From the IMG/VR virus record IMGVR_UViG_3300049043_000133, positions 28,659 to 92,658 of that record: 64,000 bases of DNA; one strand, written 5' to 3'. Positions 10,701-22,576 of this stretch are shown piece after piece. Every line of letters starts with the position of its first letter. Positions within the stretch are counted from its first letter, which is position 1. The notes under the pieces were generated by a model. That model was given only the letters and a program-made list of their open reading frames with translations, was not told the origin of the DNA and did no database searches. A program made the position numbers and the translations under genes. The DNA is from a virus.

Positions 10701-11854
10701 AAATTGGCGTAATCGGTGCTGGAAGACTTGGTATTTGTTTCGCTCTTCTTTGCGAAGCAGCAGGATACAATGTTCTTGTTTCGGACATTAGAGAAGACTA
10801 TGTAAATCAGTTGAATCAAGGAAAAATTGATACAAATGAACCTGAAGTAGATACGTTATTACGTGCAGCAACTAATTTTAGGGCAACAACTAATAATAAA
10901 GAAGTTATTGAAGAGTGTGATTTAATTTATACTTTGGTTTCTACACCATCTCTTCCTGATGGATCTTATGATGTTTCTTCTGTTTGGGATGTTGTAAAGG
11001 ATTTTTCTAATATTACTAGTAAAAAATATTTTGTTGTTGGGTGCACAGTTAATCCTGGTGATTGTGAAGAGTTTAAAAAACAACTACCAAAGAACGTAAA
11101 GGTATTTTATAACCCAGAATTTATTGCTCAGGGCACTATCATCAACGACTTACGTAATGCTGATATGGTTTTACTTGGATATGATAATGAAATTGGAAGT
11201 GATAATCCTATCATTTCTGATATTCGTAAGTTATATACAAAAATTCAGACTAGCAGAGCAATAGTTTGTACAATGTCAACCACTGCTGCAGAAATTACAA
11301 AAATTGCAATCAACTGCTTTTTGACTACTAAAATTAGTTATGCCAATATGTTGGGCGATGTTTTATCGATGGCAGGATGTGGAGATGAGATAGTTGGTGT
11401 TCTTGGTGCAATTGGAGCAGATACGCGAATTGGTAGAAAATATTTGAATTATGGTCTAGGATATGGTGGTCCCTGTTTACCTAGAGATAATAGGGCTTTT
11501 GCTGCGTTTGCTAAAAAACTTGGGATGATTTATAATCTTGGATTTGTTGTAGACGGAATCAATAATGAACATGCAGAATTTGTTTGTAATTTTTATGAGA
11601 ATCTGAATAGTAAAAATATACCATTTTATTTTGATTATGTTACTTATAAGAAAGGAACTGATATTTTAACAGAGAGCCAGCAGTATCGTCTTTGCACAGA
11701 TTTGCTTGATCGCGGACATACTGTTTATATTCATAATGATAAGAGAGTGATTGATCAAATCTACGATACTCTCGTTACAAAATATGATTCTAGAGTTAGA
11801 TTTGTTGATAATAAAGAAAATATAACTGAACCAATTTTTGTGGTAAATTTATGA
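10697..11854 (+). CDS. UDP-glucose/GDP-mannose dehydrogenase family
   Basis: GAGRLG, YNPEF, AEITK...N, GYGGPCLPRD catalytic Cys. Confidence 0.9.
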   Translation: MKIGVIGAGRLGICFALLCEAAGYNVLVSDIREDYVNQLNQGKIDTNEPEVDTLLRAATNFRATTNNKEVIEECDLIYTLVSTPSLPDGSYDVSSVWDVVKDFSNITSKKYFVVGCTVNPGDCEEFKKQLPKNVKVFYNPEFIAQGTIINDLRNADMVLLGYDNEIGSDNPIISDIRKLYTKIQTSRAIVCTMSTTAAEITKIAINCFLTTKISYANMLGDVLSMAGCGDEIVGVLGAIGADTRIGRKYLNYGLGYGGPCLPRDNRAFAAFAKKLGMIYNLGFVVDGINNEHAEFVCNFYENLNSKNIPFYFDYVTYKKGTDILTESQQYRLCTDLLDRGHTVYIHNDKRVIDQIYDTLVTKYDSRVRFVDNKENITEPIFVVNL

Positions 11855-12720
11855 TTGGATATAATCGTTTAGGAACTAATGGACGTTTGGGAAACCAGAT
11901 GTTTCAATATGCAGCACTAAGAGGAATTGCTGCGAATAATAATTTAGATTGGTGCATTCCCCCAGAAGACACGCCAACCTATGCCAACTATGGTCTCTTT
12001 GATGCCTTCAAACTTAAAAACTTAAAACACACTGGACTTATTGATGGTCCAACACACGATGAACCTGGATTTGATTTTGATGAGAAACTTTTCAATAATT
12101 GTCCAGACAATATAAACATTGATGGGTATCGTCAGACTGAAAAATACTTTAAGAATATTGAAAAATCAATCCGCGAAGACTATGAGTTCAAAGATGAAAT
12201 CTATGAACCCTGCAAGGAGTTTATGGAACAGTTCAACGGGAATATTGCTCTGCTTCATATTCGTAGAGGAGACAATGTAGGTCGTCCTGATTGGTATCCA
12301 ATTCCTACCATTGATCATTATGAGTATCTTCTTGATAAACATTTTTCAGATAATCAACCTATATTGATTTGTTCTGATGATCTTGATTGGGTAAGAGAGC
12401 AAAAACTTTTTGTTGGCGATAGATTCTATCTATCCGAAACTAGGATTTATTATCCAAAAGAAGTATTGAATGGTGCAGGACAAATGGAAAAATCTTTGGT
12501 TCCATTTTATGATCTATGTTTGATGACAATGTGCAGTGATGCAATCATTGCTAATAGTTCATTGTCTTGGTGGGGTGCTTGGTTGCAAAAAAATCCTAAT
12601 AAAAAAGTGATCACACAGACACCTTGGTTTGGTGAAAAACTTTCTTTTAATAATCTTAAAGATTTAATCCCAGAATCTTGGATTGTTGAACCAATTCCAG
12701 AGGAAAGAATTCAAAGATGA
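11851..12720 (+). CDS. GT11 alpha-1,2-fucosyltransferase-like
   Basis: GRLGNQMFQYA, HIRRGD, IIANSSLSWWGAW. Confidence 0.88.
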   Translation: MIGYNRLGTNGRLGNQMFQYAALRGIAANNNLDWCIPPEDTPTYANYGLFDAFKLKNLKHTGLIDGPTHDEPGFDFDEKLFNNCPDNINIDGYRQTEKYFKNIEKSIREDYEFKDEIYEPCKEFMEQFNGNIALLHIRRGDNVGRPDWYPIPTIDHYEYLLDKHFSDNQPILICSDDLDWVREQKLFVGDRFYLSETRIYYPKEVLNGAGQMEKSLVPFYDLCLMTMCSDAIIANSSLSWWGAWLQKNPNKKVITQTPWFGEKLSFNNLKDLIPESWIVEPIPEERIQR

Positions 12721-13523
12721 TGGACCTTACTTTTCTTATTCCAACCCAAATTGAAACAGAAGATAGATTAAGGAATATCATATCTTCTGTTTCTTATTTG
12801 TTAAGACATATTCCAGCAAAAGTAATTGTTAAGGAAGTTTCTAATCATCCTACATTTCAATTCAGAGCACTACCTGAAATTAGAAAGTATGTAAATACAG
12901 AAAACTTAACTTTTTTATATGAGCAAAGTAGTGAGCCTCTATTTTGTAAGAGTAAAGTTTTAAATGATTTAATCGTTGCTGCAGATACAAAAGTGGTGGC
13001 AAATTACGATGCAGATTGTATTCTCCCATTATCATCATACCACCAGGCATATGGTGCTATTAATGATGAACAAGCAGATGTAGTGTATCCATATGGTTGT
13101 GGTATTTATCAGTGGAGAGCAGAATATAATATGAGCATCTATGATGAGTTTGTAAATCAACTTGATATATCAATTTTAGATAAAAATAAAACATTATCAA
13201 ATTCTACAATTGGATGGACGCAGTTTATTAGTCGCCAAAAGTATATTGATTCTTATATGATGAATGAGAATTTTGTATCTTGGGGGTGTGAGGATGATGA
13301 ATTTTATTTTCGTATGAGCACTCTTGGAAATAGAATTGCAAGAATTGATAATTATGTTTATCATTTAGAACACGGTAGAACTCATAACTCTTGGTTCAGT
13401 AATCCAAATTTTAATAATAACTGGCAACTTTGGAATACTATTAAAACATTTGACAAGGAGCAACTTATACAGTATTATGAAAATCAGGACTATCTTAAAA
13501 TACGCAGAAAACAATTGAAATGA
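12717..13523 (+). CDS. GT2/GT7-like glycosyltransferase
   Basis: NYDADC DxD, MNENFVSWGCEDDEF, HLEH. Confidence 0.8.
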   Translation: MMDLTFLIPTQIETEDRLRNIISSVSYLLRHIPAKVIVKEVSNHPTFQFRALPEIRKYVNTENLTFLYEQSSEPLFCKSKVLNDLIVAADTKVVANYDADCILPLSSYHQAYGAINDEQADVVYPYGCGIYQWRAEYNMSIYDEFVNQLDISILDKNKTLSNSTIGWTQFISRQKYIDSYMMNENFVSWGCEDDEFYFRMSTLGNRIARIDNYVYHLEHGRTHNSWFSNPNFNNNWQLWNTIKTFDKEQLIQYYENQDYLKIRRKQLK

Positions 13524-14332
13524 TAGGATTTAATGCCCTAGGTAGAATGGGACGTTTGGCAAACCAAATGTTTCAGTATGCATCCTTAAAAGGAATTGCA
13601 AGGAATGTTGGCGCAGATATTTGTATTCCAAATCATACTCAAGTAGTTGATGATGGAATTGGTAATATGTTGAGGACAGAATTGTTTGACTCTTTTGATC
13701 TTAACGTTAATATTGGTTTGTTGAATAATGGGCATTCGCCTACTGTTCAGGAAAGATATTTTCATTTTGATGAAGAACTTTTTACTCTATGTCCAGATCA
13801 CGTAAGTCTTCAAGGATATTTTCAAACGGAAAAATATTTTAAACACATTGAAGATGAGATCCGTGAAGACTTTGCATTTAAAGATGAAGTTCTAAACCCT
13901 TGTAGAGAAATGATTTCTTCTGTAGAAAATCCTATTGCTCTTCACGTTCGTCGAACTGATTACGTTAAGAATAGTGATAATCACCCACCGTGTTCAATAG
14001 AGTATTATCAAAAAGCACTTGAACATTTTGATGGTGATAGAAATGTAATTGTTTTTTCTGATGATCCTGCTTGGTGTAATGAACAAGAATTATTTGCAGA
14101 TGATCGTTTCTTGATTTCTGAAAATACTGATAATAGAGTTGATCTCTGTCTAATGTCTTTCTGCGATGATTTTATTATTGCCAACTCTACCTTTTCTTGG
14201 TGGGGAGCGTGGCTTTCCACTAATAAAGATAAAAAAGTTATTGCTCCTGTCCAATGGTTTGGAACTGGATATACAAAAGATCACGATACTAAAGATTTAA
14301 TTCCCAATGACTGGACAAGAATTACTGTTTGA
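13520..14332 (+). CDS. GT11 alpha-1,2-fucosyltransferase-like (paralog of 11851..12720)
   Basis: GRLANQMFQYA, HVRRTD, IIANSTFSWWGAW. Confidence 0.88.
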   Translation: MIGFNALGRMGRLANQMFQYASLKGIARNVGADICIPNHTQVVDDGIGNMLRTELFDSFDLNVNIGLLNNGHSPTVQERYFHFDEELFTLCPDHVSLQGYFQTEKYFKHIEDEIREDFAFKDEVLNPCREMISSVENPIALHVRRTDYVKNSDNHPPCSIEYYQKALEHFDGDRNVIVFSDDPAWCNEQELFADDRFLISENTDNRVDLCLMSFCDDFIIANSTFSWWGAWLSTNKDKKVIAPVQWFGTGYTKDHDTKDLIPNDWTRITV

Positions 14333-15098
14333 TAAAAATAAATCATCCTTTAAACTTAAAGGCATTCCCCACATTTATTGGTTGAACCTTGATGCAGATA
14401 CTCATCGTCGTGAGTATATGGAAACCCAGTTCAAGTATTGGGAGATTGAAAATCATACCCGCATTTCTGGTTTTGATGGTAGAGAAGATGATGTATCTTC
14501 TCATTTAAAAGGTAGAATACCTGATAATGTAAGTCAGAACGAACTTGGATGTTGCATGTCTCATCTTAAGGCAATCAAACATTTTTACGAAAATAGTACA
14601 GATGATTATTGTTTAATACTTGAAGATGATGTAAATTTTGATATTGTAAGATATTGGAATTTTACTTGGACGGATTTTTTTGCTGAGGTTCCTTATGATT
14701 GGGACTGTGTACAGTTAACTACAATTTGTACGGGTGATATTCATGTTAAACTTCATTTAAAATTTATTAATGATTTTTCTGCGGCAATTTATCTTATTAG
14801 TAGACATCATGCTGCTAAAATGATGAGACATCATATTCGCGGTGATAAGTTTAAGTTGGATAATGGTGTAAAACCAAGAGCAGTCTCTGAAGATACTATT
14901 TTAGAAACTGGTAAAACTTATACTATTCCATTGTTCCTCTACAATTTGGAAATGGGATCTGCAATACATCCAGAACATCTTGGAATCTTTCATAAAGGAC
15001 CTCATGATGCTCTTTTGAATTATTGGCAGCAAACAGGTGCTCAAATTAATATCAAAGATTATATGAACTATGACCCTTATCTTAGGTCGAATAACTGA
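14307..15098 (+). CDS. GT25-family glycosyltransferase
   Basis: YWLNLD, ELGCCMSH, LILEDD. Confidence 0.8.
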   Translation: MTGQELLFDKNKSSFKLKGIPHIYWLNLDADTHRREYMETQFKYWEIENHTRISGFDGREDDVSSHLKGRIPDNVSQNELGCCMSHLKAIKHFYENSTDDYCLILEDDVNFDIVRYWNFTWTDFFAEVPYDWDCVQLTTICTGDIHVKLHLKFINDFSAAIYLISRHHAAKMMRHHIRGDKFKLDNGVKPRAVSEDTILETGKTYTIPLFLYNLEMGSAIHPEHLGIFHKGPHDALLNYWQQTGAQINIKDYMNYDPYLRSNN

Positions 15099-15122
15099 AA
15101 ATACTGCTGCTCAGCAAACCTC

Positions 15123-15190
15123 TTGACACAGTAAAGGATATGCATTATACTAAATAAGTACTTAAGAATTAAGTTATAATTCTTAACATT
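15123..15190 (+). promoter_or_regulatory. sigma70-type promoter (TTGACA-17-TATACT) with overlapping TAAATA late-type element and downstream HLR1-like box
   Basis: TTGACA 15123-15128, TATACT 15146-15151, GTTATAAT-TC-TTAACATT 15173-15190. Confidence 0.65.
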
Positions 15191-15222
15191 TAAATGTCGT
15201 TTAGTACTAAAACAAAAAATTT

Positions 15223-16089
15223 ATGATTACTCGTTCAATTCTTGCCACTAGTATTGCTGCTGTCTCTCTGACTGCCCCTGCTATGGCACAAGTCACCAGT
15301 GTTGCTCAACTGAAAGATGTGCAACCTACTGAGTGGTCCTATCAAGCTGTTTCTAATCTGATTTCACGTTACGGTTGTGTTGCTGGTTATCCCAACGGCA
15401 CTTTCCAACCTGGACAACCTGCAACTCGTGCTGAGCTTGCTGCTCTGACGAATGCTTGCCTTGATCGTATTAGTGAGTATCAAACTGCTGCTGATGCTGC
15501 TCTTGCTGCTGCTCTTCGTGCTCAGTTTGCCAAAGAGATTGGTGCTACCAATACTCGTGTAAGTGCTCTGGAAGTTGCTGCTGCTCAAAAAGCACAAGGC
15601 GTTGGTAACTATCTGGGTGCTGGGGTTCTTCTGAATCAGCAAGGTGTTGCTGGTAATGGTTTCAGTGCTCAGCAAACAATTTCTGGTGCAACCATTCAGG
15701 CTCGTTATGCAGTCAAAAACTTCACTAACCTGAATGCAGTTTCGGTTCGTCCTTATGCAAATCTTGTCGGCACTCCTGCTGGACAGGTTGGTGCTGGTGG
15801 TGGTGCTCTGGTTTCTTATGATTGGAGTATTTCCCGTGCTAAGAGTGGTGTAAGCCGTGCTAACGTCTACACTGGTGTTGGTTATCAAATTCCTTTTGTG
15901 AATAACACTGCTGCCAACTTCCAATCTGCTGTTGGCAATCGTGGACAAGTTGTGTTTGCTCTGGGTGTTGAGGGTCGTTTGACCAATTCTCTGGTTGGTT
16001 TTGCTGATCTGAAGTTCCCCACTACAAATGCTTCAAGCAATGGTAGTTACTCACCTGTCTTCACTACTGGACTTGGATTCAAGTTCTGA
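15223..16089 (+). CDS. SLH-domain outer-membrane protein (Som/porin-type N-terminus plus short beta-barrel)
   Basis: signal peptide, QLKDVQPTEWSYQA...RYGCVAGYPNGTF...TRAELAA SLH motif, C-terminal GLGFKF. Confidence 0.8.
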   Translation: MITRSILATSIAAVSLTAPAMAQVTSVAQLKDVQPTEWSYQAVSNLISRYGCVAGYPNGTFQPGQPATRAELAALTNACLDRISEYQTAADAALAAALRAQFAKEIGATNTRVSALEVAAAQKAQGVGNYLGAGVLLNQQGVAGNGFSAQQTISGATIQARYAVKNFTNLNAVSVRPYANLVGTPAGQVGAGGGALVSYDWSISRAKSGVSRANVYTGVGYQIPFVNNTAANFQSAVGNRGQVVFALGVEGRLTNSLVGFADLKFPTTNASSNGSYSPVFTTGLGFKF

Positions 16090-16112
16090 TAACATACTCA
16101 CATTATGAGTGC

Positions 16113-16141
16113 AATCACCCCAGAAAGGGGTGATTTTTTTT
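16113..16141 (+). terminator. rho-independent terminator
   Basis: AATCACCCC-AGAAA-GGGGTGATT followed by a T run. Confidence 0.85.
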
Positions 16142-16161
16142 GAGATAAAGACATTGAGGGC

Positions 16162-16211
16162 TTGACACCTCTTTATTTTTCCTATATAATTCTGTTATAA
16201 ATCTTTACAAA
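16162..16211 (+). promoter_or_regulatory. sigma70 promoter with HLR1 (RpaB)-like box at the start site
   Basis: TTGACA 16162-16167, 17 nt, TATAAT 16185-16190; GTTATAAA-TC-TTTACAAA 16194-16211. Confidence 0.75.
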
Positions 16212-16216
16212 AGACA

Positions 16217-16426
16217 ATGACTGTTACAACTAATGAGCGTGGGCAACAAAATATGTTTGCCAAAGAACCTCAAATGTATATTTCTCAAACTGATGCAGAA
16301 CGTTATGCTCTTCAAACTCATGCAGAACGTGCTGAACTTTTGAATGGACGCACTGCAATGCTTGGATTTGTTGCAGCACTTATTTCTTATGCATTTACTG
16401 GACACCTTTTCTTTGGTGTAATCTGA
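16217..16426 (+). CDS. hli: high-light-inducible protein
   Basis: NMFAKEP N-terminus; AELLNGRTAMLGF chlorophyll-binding motif. Confidence 0.92.
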   Translation: MTVTTNERGQQNMFAKEPQMYISQTDAERYALQTHAERAELLNGRTAMLGFVAALISYAFTGHLFFGVI

Positions 16427-16512
16427 TGTCTGAAGTAATCTTTACTGTTACCAGTGTTGCTTTTTTTGTGCTTCTTGCACATTCTGTAAACAAACTTTCT
16501 GAAACTTACTAA
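16426..16512 (+). CDS. 28-aa hydrophobic peptide between hli genes
   Basis: TGATG coupling; MSEVIFTVTSVAFFVLLAHSVNKLSETY. Confidence 0.5.
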   Translation: MSEVIFTVTSVAFFVLLAHSVNKLSETY

Positions 16513-16523
16513 GGAGAAAACAA

Positions 16524-16631
16524 ATGAACGAACGCGCAGAACGTATTAATGGTTGGTTTGCTATGATTGGAATTATGGCAGCAATGGGTGCCTATGCCCT
16601 GACAGGACAAATCATTCCTGGTGTATGGTGA
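16524..16631 (+). CDS. hli: high-light-inducible protein (35 aa, not in ORF track)
   Basis: AAGGAG RBS; MNERAERINGWFAMIGIMAAMGAYALTGQIIPGVW. Confidence 0.9.
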   Translation: MNERAERINGWFAMIGIMAAMGAYALTGQIIPGVW

Positions 16632-16651
16632 TTTTAATTTAATAGATTGTT

Positions 16652-16679
16652 AAAGGAGGGATAAAACCCTCCTTTTTTT
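16652..16679 (+). terminator. rho-independent terminator
   Basis: AAAGGAGGG-ATAAAA-CCCTCCTTT plus T run. Confidence 0.8.
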
Positions 16680-16709
16680 ATAAATATAATGCAAAGATGT
16701 TTCAAATAT

Positions 16710-17412
16710 ATGTTAGTAGATTTACACAATTTCTTTAAGCATTATGATGAAAAAAATCCAAAGCACGTTGCTGCTGTGGAAAAATTTGAAAAGGATTTGC
16801 TTCTAAAAGCACAAGACTTAATTCAAGACGAAGCAGAATGGGTTAAGGTTTTTAGAGCAAAACCAGAAGCACCCAAATCAAATATTCTTGATGTTCCTTT
16901 CTTTCCTCAGACAGATAATTACAGAGATGCTAGCCGCACTTGTAATTCATCTTCTTGTGCTATGTGTTTTAGAATACTTTAAACCAGGCACACTTAAAGG
17001 AGCAAAGGGAGATGATGCCTATGTTCAAAAAGTTTTCTCAATTGGTGATACAACAGATCACGTTGTTCAAACCCGTGCTCTGGCGTCTTATGGTATTCAG
17101 TCACACTTTAGTTACGGGTTATCTTTTGCTGACCTTGATCGTGAGCTTGCTGCTGGGAAGCCAGTGGTTATTGGTATTCTCCACCGTGGTCCTTTATCTG
17201 CTCCTACTGGTGGGCACATGGTTGTAGTCATCGCCAAGACATCTTCTGGTGATTATGTTGTTAATGACCCCTATGGTAGCCTTAATGATGGTTATACTGG
17301 TGCTGTAACAAATGGAAAAGGTGCCGTATATAAACGTGGAGATCTTGCTCGTAGATGGTGTCCAAATGGAAATGATGGATGGGGAAGAATCTTTGATGTA
17401 AAAAACTCATGA
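16710..17412 (+). CDS. C39-like cysteine peptidase; frameshift near 16965
   Basis: VPFFPQTDN..RTCNSSSCAM, GGHMVVV, VNDPYG. Confidence 0.75.
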
Positions 17413-17873
17413 ATGGACTTCTTGCTGGTTCAAAATTAATTAAAGAATTTGAAGGTTGTCATTTGAGTGCATATCCAGATCCTCTTTCTGGTGGATTGCC
17501 GATTACAATAGGATGGGGAAGCACAAGAGATTTAGACGGCAAACCATTTTCAAGAGGAAGAACAATCACTCAAAAATACGCAGATGAACTTTTAGAGTTT
17601 AATTTGAAAAATAAATTTCTTCCGACATTATCAAAGATTCCTTATTGGAGTGAGATGAATGAAAATCAAAAAGGAGCATTGCTCTCTTTTGCTTATAATC
17701 TTGGTGCTGATTTTTTTAACTCTCCTGGATTCAATACGATCACCAGAAGATTAAAAGAAAAAGATTGGAAAGGAGTTCCTGCAACACTGGAACTTTATCG
17801 TAATCCAGGAAGTAAAGTCGAAGCAGGACTTTTACGAAGAAGAAAGGCAGAAGGAAAACTTTGGATCTCTTAG
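17409..17873 (+). CDS. GH24 lysozyme (endolysin)
   Basis: IKEFEG, AYPDP...TIGWG, ALLSFAYNLG, GLLRRRKAE. Confidence 0.9.
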   Translation: MNGLLAGSKLIKEFEGCHLSAYPDPLSGGLPITIGWGSTRDLDGKPFSRGRTITQKYADELLEFNLKNKFLPTLSKIPYWSEMNENQKGALLSFAYNLGADFFNSPGFNTITRRLKEKDWKGVPATLELYRNPGSKVEAGLLRRRKAEGKLWIS

Positions 17874-18110
17874 TCTTCTACTTTTGTTCTGAGTGCGATT
17901 ACCGTAGTTAAGATTGATAATAAAGTTTCATATCCTCTTCTCTCAGATTCTTTGCAATCTAAGGGAGGAGGATTTTTTAGTCCTCCTAATGCATTTGCAC
18001 TTATAATTGAACCAGGAATCATAAAGTTGCAGGTAATAAAGTTAAAACCAACAAAACCAACTAGAGGCAAAGCAAACGATAAAAATAAGTTTAGTAAGAT
18101 TAAGTTTCAT
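17870..18110 (-). CDS. small membrane protein; frameshift near start
   Basis: hydrophobic N- and C-terminal stretches; ORF track 17870..18070. Confidence 0.5.
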
Positions 18111-18299
18111 CTTCCTTCCTGCTGATGTATCCAGGTTTTTAAATCTCTTACATATTTTCTTAATACTTCTGCTTGTGATAAGTGCCACTCATCTTTTGTT
18201 TGAATGTGTAACTTGATGTGCTCATCGATGGCATCAAGACACTTCTTCAATCACAGGATTCCAAGGTTCCCGAATTGGAGTGTTCCATTCCCGTGGCAT
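18107..18299 (-). CDS. conserved cyanophage hypothetical protein; frameshifted
   Basis: MPREWNTPIREPWNPVI...CLDAIDEHIKLH...WHLSQAEVLRKYV. Confidence 0.55.
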
Positions 18300-18348
18300 C
18301 GTGGGAAAGCAATTTTAAGTATTTATTGTGATTGAGACGTTTTGCCTA

Positions 18349-18400
18349 TTGACAGGATTTCCTGACAATGCTATGATAAATAAATCTTAAGAAATGTAAC
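18349..18400 (+). promoter_or_regulatory. psbA promoter (TTGACA-17-TATGAT, overlapping ATAAATA) with reverse HLR1-like box
   Basis: TTGACA 18349-18354, TATGAT 18372-18377; minus strand GTTACATT-TC-TTAAGATT 18400-18383. Confidence 0.7.
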
Positions 18401-18410
18401 GTTTCTTAAT

Positions 18411-18500
18411 CCTCTACCTAACCGAGACCTATGGGGAGGTTAAACACAGTCTCTCATATCCACAGTGGAGGGTGCTGTGGAGTATAATGTATTACCAGTT
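18411..18500 (+). ncRNA. PhotoRC-II-like cis-regulatory RNA in the psbA leader
   Basis: AACCGAGAC...GTCTCTCATATC and CCACAG-TGGAGGGTG-CTGTGG stems directly upstream of psbA; boundaries approximate. Confidence 0.65.
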
Positions 18501-18532
18501 CCCTGCTGGATTTACTTACCCTTTAACGAAAA

Positions 18533-21398
<2,866 letters not shown>

Positions 21399-21419
21399 TA
21401 TAAAACCTAAAAAATAAAT

Positions 21420-21446
21420 AAAGGAGTTCCACAAGAACTCCTTTTT
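21420..21446 (+). terminator. psbA terminator
   Basis: AAAGGAGTTC-CACAA-GAACTCCTTT plus T run. Confidence 0.85.
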
Positions 21447-21617
21447 ATGCTCCTCATCCTCCTCTTCTTCCAACTCTTCGGACTTTTTCTTTTCATAATG
21501 TCCGTCACACAAGACTTATGATATCATCAGAAACACCTCATAAGTTAGCAGAAATTATCAGAGATACTTGGACAACTTTACAGAAAACCACAGATACCTT
21601 ATAATAAAGAGAAAAAG

Positions 21618-21900
21618 ATGAACGAATATTGGATCGTAACGGAAAATAAAACTGGTCGTACTATTTGCCATTGTGCAGATATTAATGATGCGATGATGAT
21701 GGTTGGATTTGATCCTCATCATCGTTCATACAGTCTTCATCGTTTTATTATGGATCAGGTGATTACAGTCACTTCTACAACTGATAAACAACTCCCAGGA
21801 CAAATTGGTCTCCCTGCTTCAAAAGAAAAACTATCTCCAACAGAATTGCAACAACAAGTTTGGTTGCCAGAAGGTCAAGGAGCCAGTAATTTTATAAATA
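21618..21900 (+). CDS. hypothetical protein (3' end uncertain)
   Basis: ORF track 21618..22016 probably extended by an indel into grx. Confidence 0.45.
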
Positions 21901-21921
21901 ACTTTCGATTTATTAAAAAAT

Positions 21922-22158
21922 ATGAAGTTTACAGTTTATTCAAAAGACGGTTGCCCATACTGCACAAAAGTTCAACAGGTATTAGAGTTAGCAGAACTGC
22001 AACACATAGTTTATAAATTGAATAGAGATTTTACCCGTGAAGAGTTTTATGCAGAATTTGGAGAAGGATCTACCTTTCCTCAAGTAATTGCAAATGATCA
22101 ACATATTGGAGGTTGTACCGATACAGTCAAATATTTGCAAGAAAACAATATTGTATGA
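21922..22158 (+). CDS. glutaredoxin
   Basis: CPYC, TFPQV, IGGCTD. Confidence 0.92.
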   Translation: MKFTVYSKDGCPYCTKVQQVLELAELQHIVYKLNRDFTREEFYAEFGEGSTFPQVIANDQHIGGCTDTVKYLQENNIV

Positions 22159-22334
22159 TTATAAATAATCAAGAACTCCAAATTAATCGGGGTGTTGAGT
22201 TATTATTACGCAATCGGAGGAAAAGAGAATCAAAACCAAAAACTTTTCAAGTGAAGTTTGGTAAAATGATTTCTCTCCTTCACAGAGAGTTTCATTTTTT
22301 TATTGAATTTCACTTCGACATTAGAAAAAAATAA
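22155..22334 (+). CDS. hypothetical protein
   Basis: INRGVELLLR; coupled to grx stop. Confidence 0.5.
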   Translation: MIINNQELQINRGVELLLRNRRKRESKPKTFQVKFGKMISLLHREFHFFIEFHFDIRKK

Positions 22335-22351
22335 ACCCTCTGGAGAAAAAA

Positions 22352-22576
22352 ATGTTAGCAGTAACTCTAACTATAGGAACATTAGTTTCAATTATGTTCT
22401 TCTTTGTAGGAGGTGTGGTAGGATGGTTAGCCAAAGAACATTTCTATCAAACACAACCTATTTTTACGCACCCAGAGATGTTTGACTCAAATGGGAATGT
22501 AATACCCGACGAAATTTTAGCTGTGAGATTTGAAAATGACTATGACTACGACGAAAACGACGAAGACGAAGATTGA
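22352..22576 (+). CDS. small membrane protein, conserved in cyanomyophages
   Basis: TM helix then HPEMFDSNGNVIPDEILAVRFEN and acidic tail. Confidence 0.6.
   Translation: MLAVTLTIGTLVSIMFFFVGGVVGWLAKEHFYQTQPIFTHPEMFDSNGNVIPDEILAVRFENDYDYDENDEDED

Noticed and set aside
15364-15948. 194-aa antisense ORF over the SLH gene (also 21012..21329 and 29257..29691)
   Set aside because: Shadow ORFs arising from biased codon usage of highly expressed sense genes; no recognisable motifs.
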